From NCBI RefSeq assembly GCF_006345805.1, contig NC_043000.1, positions 100,750,001 through 100,814,000 on the forward strand: DNA of 64,000 nucleotides, written 5' to 3'. Below, piece after piece: positions 54,993 to 64,000 of the stretch (positions are counted from its first letter, which is position 1; every line of letters begins with the position of its first letter). Under the pieces are notes generated by a model. The model searched no databases. It was given only the letters and a program-made list of their open reading frames with translations, and was not told where the DNA came from. The stretch is from Octopus sinensis (taxonomy: Eukaryota). A program made the translations under genes and the position numbers.

Positions 54993-55383
54993 TCTTTATA
55001 TATAAAAGTAAGGTTGTGTGTCTGTCTACTGCGATTTAGATTCCTAACTACTCCCACATTTTGCGGTGCAGTTTAACCAAAACCGAGTATCTTATAGTCG
55101 TGATTCATATCGAGCCCTTCTGGGTATTAGCACGCGTCTACGATGAGTCTACGATTTTAAAAGTAATTTACCATCATTTTTTTCATTTTAATGCATATTT
55201 TTTTAATATAAGGGAAGTAACTCTCTAAAAATGTCTACGATGAGTCAACGATTTAAAAAAAAATTACCATATTTTTTTTTCCATTTTTAATGCATTTTTT
55301 GCTATATTTTGGCTATAACTCTCTAAAAATGCTTTATAGTTATTTCCCTTACAAACCCGAGCAACTCCGGGCGATACTGCTAG
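54993..55383 (+). mobile_element. Non-autonomous Helitron
   Basis: A|TC 5' end (tctttatatataaaag), subterminal hairpin cccgagcaactccggg and CTAG|T 3' end, with no TSD. Confidence 0.85.
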
Positions 55384-55472
55384 TATATACATACATACAT
55401 ACATACATACATACATACATACATACATGCATGCATACATACATACATACATGCATACATACATACATACAT

Positions 55473-55517
<45 letters not shown>

Positions 55518-55527
55518 TATAAGATCC

Positions 55528-55855
55528 GTGAGCGCGTGGCTTAGTGTGTTAGGGCATTCGGCTCATGATCGTAAGGTTGTGAGTTCGATTCCCGCGCGAC
55601 GCGTTGTGTCCTTGAGCAAGGGACACTTTATTTCACGTTGCTCCAGTCCACTCAGCTGGCAAAATGAGTTGTGTACTTGTATTTCAAGGGTCAGCCTTGT
55701 CACTCTCTGTGTCACGCTGATTATCCCCGAGAACTACGTTAAGGGTACACGTGCCTGTGGAATGCTCAAGCCATTTGCACGTAATTTCACGAGCAAGCTG
55801 TTCCGCTGATCGTATCAGCTGGGACCTCGTCGTCCGTAACTGGCGGAGTCTTTTA
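55528..55855 (+). mobile_element. SINE C-related element with a different tRNA-like head, 13-bp TSD
   Basis: TSD aattataagatcc at 55515-55527 and 55856-55868. Its 3' half is shared with 49155-49518. Confidence 0.85.
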
Positions 55856-56047
55856 AATTATAAGATCCAAGGATTTAAGTGTAGGTAGTTTGTAAGCTTC
55901 AAGCAGTCCGTTGTAGGTGTAAAAAACAACCTTCAGAAACTAGCGTCGAAGGTTGTAGGCTTTTCCCGTATCGAAGTTCGGTGAGCTGAAAAACGTTTTT
56001 CTATGGCTCACGATTAACAGCTTGAGTTGTTAAGAATGGTAATAAAA

Positions 56048-56280
56048 ATCCAAATTGAAGGAGTGGAATAGATGAAATTCAGGCAACATATGTTTCCTAG
56101 CTAGCAGATCCTCTGATCAAATACCTTAATTATATGAAGGTCACATTGTCATTAATTACCTTAGGCTTATTGAATATCTAGCTGAGTACCCCACGTTGAG
56201 TAAATATTGCATCACAGGATCTGCTAGATAGGAACCATATGTAGCCTGAATTTTACCGGCTCCATTCCCTCAATTTGGAT
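56048..56280. repeat. Foldback / MITE-like inverted repeat with 70-bp arms
   Basis: 56048-56117 is the imperfect reverse complement of 56211-56280. Confidence 0.8.
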
Positions 56281-56289
56281 ATCTCTCTC

Positions 56290-56695
56290 TTTTCTCTCTT
56301 TTACTTGTTTCAGTCATTTGACTGCGGCCATGCTGGAGCACCGCCTTCTAGTAGAGTAAATCGACCCCAAGACTTATTCTTTCTAAGCCTAGTACTTATT
56401 CTATCAGTTTCTTTTGCTGAACCGCTAAGTTACGAGGACATAAACACACCAGCATCGGTTGTCAAGCAATGGTGGGGGGGACAAACACAGACACACAAAC
56501 ATATATACACATACATATATATACATATATACGACGGGCTTCTTCCGGTTTCTGGATATAAAATCCACTCACAAGGTGGGTCGGCCCGAGGCTATAGTAG
56601 AGACACTTGCCCAAGGTGCCACGCAGTGGGAATGAACCCGGAACCATGTGGTTGGTTAGCAAGCTACTTATCACACATCCACTCCTGCGCCTATA
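56290..56695 (-). mobile_element. SINE family B
   Basis: Reverse complement of family B. Confidence 0.9.
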
Positions 56696-57092
56696 TATAT
56701 ATATTATATATATATATAATATATATATATATATATAGGGGGAGAATTCACGAAAAAAACAAAAGACGAAGGCATGTGGTGTAGGAAACAAAACAAATGT
56801 ATTAGTATATATATATATATATATATATACAAATATGTTTATCTGAGAGAAGTGAGAGCGAGAGAGAAAGAGATAGATAGATAGATAGATATGTGTGACG
56901 CACTTGTGTACACGCATGCATGCACATACTGTGACACAGCAGAATCTCACATACATTATATAGTGAGTTGAAGCATGCTGATTAACGCAGATAATCCTTA
57001 CAATTAGAATATTAAATCCCATTCTAGTCATGTGCAAAATATATGCTAAGAACAAGCGGCAAACGTATATGTATGCAAGTGTGTATGTATGC

Positions 57093-57143
<51 letters not shown>

Positions 57144-57639
57144 ATATAATTATATATTATTATGCAAGTGCATATGCTTGCTTGTATATATTTGTGTACA
57201 TGTGTATATATGAATGCATGTATGTGTTTTCTTTTGTGTGTGTATGCATCTGTCTGAGTTTTTGTATTTATGTATATGTGTACATGTGTGTATATGTGCG
57301 GGCGTGTTATTCTTGAGTGACAGATCAAAACAGTGGAAATGTGTTTGATAATCGTTTACAAAACCTATGCGACAAGTAAGAAAACAAAATAGCGGCCATT
57401 TTGAGAAAGAAAAATGTTTAAAACAAACGGAAAGATATTAATGAAATGAAACAATAAAAACTACTTGAATGAAAAGAATATAAACACTGTGACACGAATA
57501 AATATTTAATACAACCAAATAAGGAGGGAGCCCCAACGTGGTTGCGCAACTAGCTAGAAAGAGCAAACAAATGTCACTCAAATTAAAGAAACGGTGGAAC
57601 GTTGGACAAAATGCTTCATGATATTTAGTTATATTAAGC

Positions 57640-57780
57640 TGTTCAGATTTTTAGGGATAGTTCCCAATGCACCTGTAACTACTAGGATACATTTTACCCG
57701 CACTTTCCATAGTCTCTGTAATTCAATGCCTCGGTCCTGGTACTTTGCTATTTTTTCTATACTTCTCATATTGATTTTTC
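57640..57780 (-). mobile_element. R4/Dong-like LINE fragment 1 of the TAA cluster
   Basis: Encodes EKIAKYQDRGIELQRLWKVRVKCILVVTGALGTIPK. It is preceded by (TAA)n on its own strand. Confidence 0.75.
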
Positions 57781-57820
<40 letters not shown>

Positions 57821-57824
<4 letters not shown>

Positions 57825-58425
57825 TTTAATCTGCATATTTGTGGCAATCACTTGCCGAGACACACCCAGCGTTCTGAGGTGAGTGAAGTATATTAGATGT
57901 CAGAGTATGACTGAAAGTTTGGGAAGGGGAGTGGCAGGGGCAGTAGCGGAACATCTTCATGTAATAAACACAGACATTTAAATGGATAGGGTTTTTCTAA
58001 GGACGTGGGCAGTACTTGTCAGCACAATCTTTTGGATTTCTCTGAGACATGGTTCTCCTGGGATATAATCTAGATGTTACTGACGTCCCTTTTTTTATCA
58101 TATCTAGGGAACCTACAATAACAGGAACAGTTCTCGCTTTAAAATGCCACATCTTTTGTATTTCAGTTTTAAGGTCCTTATATATACTTAATTTGTTAAA
58201 TTCCCTTACAGATATATTTTTATCAGTGGAAACTCTTACATTTATTAATCTACGAGTATTTTCCACCCCGTCCCGTCTTTAATAACTATGTCTGGTCGAT
58301 CGTTCTATCAGTGTTGACTGGAAAATCCCAGAGGATAGTGACATTTCTGCCTTCTTCAACGACTGGCTCAGGATGATGTTCATACCAGTAAGCAGGAGTA
58401 CTGATTTTGTAGTGTTTACATATTT
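57821..58425 (-). mobile_element. R4/Dong-like LINE fragment 2 of the TAA cluster
   Basis: Encodes ILWDFPVNTDRTI...INVRVSTDKNISVREFNKLSIYKDLKTEIQKMWH...PVIVGSL. Its 3' end abuts (TAA)n. Confidence 0.85.
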
Positions 58426-58509
58426 TCTTCTTCTTCTTCTCTTCTTTTTCTTCTTTTCTTCTATCTTCTTCTCCTTCTCTTCTTCTTCTTCTTCTTCTTC
58501 TTTTTCTTC

Positions 58510-58578
<69 letters not shown>

Positions 58579-58929
58579 CAGTAGTTTTATTTTATAGCGT
58601 GCTTTCACTTCACTACCGAGCGCAGCTCTGTGTGCTTGGGTATGTGCTGTTTGATTGTTGTGATGCTCTGATGGTTATTGTATGGAAAGTGTTCTGCGTT
58701 GGATGTGTGCAGTGCCTAGTAGTGCAATTTTTCTGTATGTTATATGTGTTTGTAAGTCCTGGTGTTTTTGTTATGTATTTGTCTGAATATTTTTTTATCA
58801 TGCCTAATGCACTTACTATGATAGGAATTGTTTCTGTTTTCAGATTCCACATTCTAGTTACCTCTATTTCCAAGTCTTTGTATTTTGAGAGTTTCTCCAT
58901 TTCTTTTAGAGACACGTTGTCATCTGCCG

Positions 58930-58930
<1 letters not shown>
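58579..58930 (-). mobile_element. R4/Dong-like LINE fragment 3 of the TAA cluster
   Basis: Encodes SLKEMEKLSKYKDLEIEVTRMWNLKTETIPIIVSALG. It has (TAA)n on both sides. Confidence 0.9.
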
Positions 58931-58985
<55 letters not shown>

Positions 58986-58986
<1 letters not shown>

Positions 58987-60385
58987 TGATGAAAAACTCA
59001 GCTTATTCTGCAGGGTATGATGGAAAGTGTCTGCTGTTCACAGGTGATGCTTGTTTACTGGTCATGCTTTAAGAACCCTGCTAAATGCTCTTGCAGATCT
59101 AAGCAATTCTGATTTTTGTAGTGTTCTACCTTTACATTTGTACCGATATTTTTGAGCTATGCTGGTAGTTGAGCGCTGATACATTCAAGTACACCAATTA
59201 CTATTGGTATCACATCTACTCTCCTCATTGACCCCAGCCTTTGTATTTCCCACTTCAAATCGTTGTAGTTGTTCAGTTTTTTCTCTTTGATCTTGTTGTC
59301 ACTAGAACATGCTATGTCGATTTTTATGTAAGCTTTTTTTTCTTTTTTGTTCACCACAACAATGTCCGGTTTCCCATGTTTGGTCAGGTGATCGCACTGA
59401 ATCATCGCAATCTTCATTCTCGGTGACTCGTTCCTAAGATTGCTCATACCACGTCTTTGCTCTTTACAGGCCGTGATTTCAGCAGAGCTCCCAATGCATC
59501 ATTCTTGCCACATTGTCATGTCGTCTTTTGAACTCGTGTTGTGCCAATTTCGGACATTCGCTAACGATAGGCCGTACTTTTTCACCCCTCTCACCACACA
59601 TTCTGCGTTTGTCGCTGTCGACAGTATTGTCGATTCTGCACGTCGCATTGTTCTTAACGCTTGTTCTTGAGCTTCGCATATAAGTGCTTCTGCCTTTATC
59701 TTCAAGTCACTCCTCCTCATCCATAGCCACCGATCTTATATATCTGTCTTGGCATTCGTATCTCTTGTAAACTGACCGTACATTTGTTTCTCCTTCCATG
59801 ATATTTTGTGTTCATTTCCTCTTTAAGTTTTTTTTCCTTACACAGTTATCAGTTTTAATGATGCCGGACTACTTCACATGTTTCAGCAATGATTCCACAG
59901 TATTTTTTACGTACCCCTCTAAGCGCATTTCCTGTTTCGATACAATCCAGGCAACTGATCAAACTTCTCACTTTTTTTTCTGGACAAGTACAGCCTATTG
60001 GTGTCACTCTTAGCGTGGAAGGCTCCTTGCACTGTCAGTATTTTTCTTGTCTTCGTATCCATGTTCATCAGTTCTTTCTTTTGCCAGTTTATGATTTCAG
60101 CTCTATACTGAAGTGATGCTACCGCCCGTGAATTGACTGCTTTGATTTTATTCCATCCGGTCAATTTAGTCTTAGGAAATGTTCCACCCTCAGTTCTTCC
60201 TTCATTTCCTTCTCCATGATTTCGTTGAACTCTAGTATGCCAAGGTATTTGTAGCCTTCCTTTTCAATTTGTTTAATCCGTTCTCTATTAGGTAATTCTA
60301 TCCCTGATAGGTCGACTTCTGGTTTCGATAAAATATTAACATTTGAACACGGAAGTCGATGTAAACGACTTACCTTCACCCCGTT
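58986..60385 (-). mobile_element. R4/Dong-like LINE fragment 4 of the TAA cluster (RT C-terminus to endonuclease)
   Basis: Encodes YKYLGILE; EALICEAQEQALRT; CGERGE...RRHDNVARMMHWELC; and KPDIVVVNKKEKKAYI.DIAC. Its 3' end abuts (TAA)n. Confidence 0.9.
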
Positions 60386-61277
60386 GTTGTTGTTGTTGTT
60401 TCGGGGCCGTTTTCAATAAGGTTTTCAAATAAGTGTAGAATTCTCAGAAAAAAATCTCTATATACCTGTAGAGGTGCGCTGAAATAGTCTGCTTTCGACT
60501 AGATATCGATTTTGGGACGGTTTTTTCCGGATCTACACTATTTAGAAAATACAGAAATTATTTGTCTTGAAAATATCATACCTGTTTCTGTCTCGCAAAT
60601 AAACACCATAGGAGTGTTTATACTACTTTGGAAATGTTCAGAGGAATTAGAAATTAATATTTTCGGGTGAAAATAGTTGTTTTGCGATGTCACGTACGTA
60701 ACACTATTTTGATTTTCTTCAAAGAATTTAAAATACATTCCAAAATAATATATATATAATATTCGCCTAGAAAGTCGAAGTTTGCTCTGAAAATTCTGTT
60801 TCCTGTGAAAATCTTGTACTTTCAAGATTTACAGCTTAGATATTTTATAATTTGTGTCCCTGAATGTTATGTACATTGCGTTAGGGTTGCTCTTTGTAGA
60901 AGCCATTGCTGATGGAAAACTTGTGTAGTTCTCTTTGTAAGACAAAAATATATGCAGCCAGTTTCGTTGGCGATTATTGCTCTCTTCACTCAAGTATAGA
61001 AAACGATTCGGTGTCTATCATCTGAAATGTTGTCACAGTAGGGCAATGCATTTGAGAGAGAGAGCTTGCACCTGAGCAGTCTTCCGAGAATAAGTAGAAA
61101 GAATGAGTGACAATGTATTTAGTGAAAGGGTGTGGCTCTAGCCGATCAAGTAATTCTTTTGACAAAATTTTTCTGGCAACTTACAGTGGCATAGCTTGTG
61201 TAATGAATCCTTTTCGGGGTCTTGCTCTTCTCGGGTGCAATCTAAACTCTGTGTGTGTGTGTATGTGTGTGTGTGTG

Positions 61278-61311
<34 letters not shown>

Positions 61312-62989
61312 TTGTGTTTGTGTGTGTATGTTCGGTGCAAATGTAGTTAAATCCAACCAGACTGCACTCCATATCAATTTCTGAGTACATATGGAGCTTG
61401 AAAGACAACAGTACAGCATGTGAAAGTAAGTTGGAATTTTACCAACGGGGTTAAACCTTAGACTGGCAATAAACCCTTTCGTGATCTCTGCGCTGCGAAA
61501 GCTATTATAATTCTGTTTGCTACAGAATATTTACTAAGAAGAACGAGCAGTTTGCGTATTGCAAGCATAAAATACAATACAAACTTTTTTTATTCTACAT
61601 ACTTTTCCCTAAGACCTCAATAACTAATTTCAAACTATTTAACTACTTCGTAAATCTACTATGTCTCTTTTCTCTTTTAGCACCTACTTTTATTTCCATG
61701 AACTTGATTCTATCTCCAAACAATGAATTACCTTTGATCTTTTTGCTTCTATTGATATCCCCGACTAGTCGCTCATTATTATGGCTGTAGCCACTTATTT
61801 TATTATGTACGTGTTTTCTTTTATATTGCATAATGTTTGGTATGTCTAGAAGTCAACACAAGAATTACATATGGGCATTGTACATAAGTGTATGTATATA
61901 ATTACATATTTTGAATTTGTGCGTTTGTCTCTCTCTTGGAATTCATTCCGTGAATCAGCATGTTTATCTATGTGTATTGATTTATGCTTCCGCACAGATG
62001 TGTATATATTTTCATGTTTGTATATATATACATATGTATATATATATATATATGAATGAATGCTGGCATTTGGTTACCTGTGTGTTCGTGTATATGTGTA
62101 TATGCTTGTATATATGTGTGTGAGTGTGCATGCATGTATGTGTGTGTGTATGTATGTATGTATGTATGTATGTATGTATAAAAAGTCACATTCGATCACA
62201 GCACCAGTAACAGTTAAGCTTCGTGCAATGGCCATACTCGATAACGAAGGGGCAGCCATAATGTATGTATGTATGCATGTTAAAGGGTTATCGTAAAATA
62301 TATGTATCTACTCTACATTTTCTATGGAGTTCTATATCGGAAAATGTTTATTCACTGCACCACATACATGCATTCACCCACATATGTTTAAACACACTCA
62401 CAACATTATGATTCACACACACACAATGTATCTGCATATATATATATTACACACACGCACACACACACATATATATATAAATAGATAAGTTCAGCAAAAA
62501 TTTAGATTCAGATGAATATGGTGCGTAAGTTGAAGCACCAGAATTTACTACGGTATTATCCGTTCAATTTCAAAATAAGGTGATTATAATCAAAGTAAAC
62601 AACAAGGATATCCCGAGGTAATGCAGTACGATCGTTTCATGATACTCCATTTAATTGAACAATGCAACCATCACATCAATTTAAATGCAGAGCAATCCTC
62701 AGCTGTACAAAGACAGAATTTAACTAAATCAAAACAAATGGACACATTAGTATAATTTTGCCTAAAATTTCCATGAAGTTAAGGAGATTGACAAAGAACA
62801 TTGTTGCCCTTTCCTCCACATAGAAGCTTTAAGTAATGTGAAATTGAGTCAAACTGTTACTAAATATTTATAACTCCAAATAAATATGTTGAGTGCTCTC
62901 AAGGCTTTGGTTAGCCTGAAGCCATAGTAGAAGATACTTACTCAAGGTGCCATGCAGTAGGACTGAACGCGGAACTATGTGGTTGAGAG

Positions 62990-63190
62990 GTGTGTACCAT
63001 TGGCGATTTTTTTCCGCTGTCTTCCCTTCTCTGGATCTTTCCTTCTCCTATGTTTCCGACGAAGAGCTCCGCTCGAAACGTTAAACCCTCCTTCTTTCCT
63101 TCTTTCCTGAGCGTCCAATAATACTATATTTGTTCCACGTCCTCGCGTTGTTGTGTCTTTTTGTGCTTTCTTGTTTGGATTAACTATATA
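62990..63190 (+). mobile_element. Family H1 copy 3, with hammerhead-like motif at 63052-63086
   Basis: GUUU-CCGACGA-A-GAGC-UCC-GCUC-GAAA-CGU-U-AAAC has perfect stems and a U4C core. The element ends in (TA)n and is joined at its 5' side to a SINE B fragment. Confidence 0.8.
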
Positions 63191-63228
63191 TATATATACA
63201 TATATACATACATACATACATACATATA

Positions 63229-63280
<52 letters not shown>

Positions 63281-63697
63281 TATATTCTGTTATACATATG
63301 TGTGTGTGTAAATATACTTATAAATATATGTAAATATATATTTATAAATATCTGCCAATAATGTGTGTGTGTGTGTGTATACGTATATAAAACTGTTTCT
63401 GTGTAGCAAATTTTAAAATTTCATACATAGAGTACTGGTTAATACAAGTGTATATTGTAGAAAACATTGGCCTAAGGAACCACACATTGGAATTGAAACC
63501 AATACCACATAACTGCGAAGGAAACAACCTAACTACACAACAGTTTTTATATAAATATGCATGTTCTCAGAGAAGAAAAATGCCTACACAAAACATCTTC
63601 TCTTCTTGTCACCTCTCCATGAACAAAACATGGCAGTGCTTGAAGCCATTATAACATCCTATACATACCTAATACATACATACATAATACATACATG

Positions 63698-63765
<68 letters not shown>

Positions 63766-64000
63766 TATATACACATATATACATACATGTATATATATAC
63801 ATATATACATACATGTATATATATATATATACATATATACATACATGTATATATACATATATACATACATATATACATACATATATACATACATGTATAT
63901 ATATGTGTGTGTGTATAACGTGTGTATATATACACAAAAACACACACCCACACACATATATATATATTACATGTATATTATATATATATATAATATATAT

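Noticed and set aside
61180-61245. Possible minus-strand exon ending CACT|GTAAGT (DCTREEQDPEKDSLHKLCH)
   Set aside because: Good donor but no polypyrimidine acceptor (upstream is a CA repeat) and no recognisable homology.

Overview
This is 64 kb of AT-rich, microsatellite-saturated animal DNA with one 100-N assembly gap (50696-50795). The tRNA-derived SINE families and the microsatellite load resemble an octopus/cephalopod genome; that is an inference. I found no confident host protein-coding exon. Most ORFs in the track are translated simple repeats, and the ORFs with real protein similarity are retroelement or transposon remnants. Content: three high-copy SINE families, Tx1/L1, R4/Dong-like, RTE and CR1 LINE fragments, several Penelope-like elements (PLEs), a DD37D (maT) Tc1/mariner, mariner/hAT/Merlin-type MITEs and Helitron remnants. 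Main observations: (1) six hammerhead-ribozyme-like motifs in PLE terminal repeats, from three sequence families; (2) retroelement families that each sit in their own microsatellite: Tx1 in (TATC)n, one R4 family in (CATA)n, other R4 families stacked in (TAA)n, and PLE ends in (TA)n/(TATG)n; (3) the 3' tail of the commonest SINE resembles the 3' end of the Tx1 LINE, suggesting a SINE/Tx1 partnership; (4) short duplications at both Tx1 5' junctions and inverted terminal segments on two PLEs. All alignments were done by eye.
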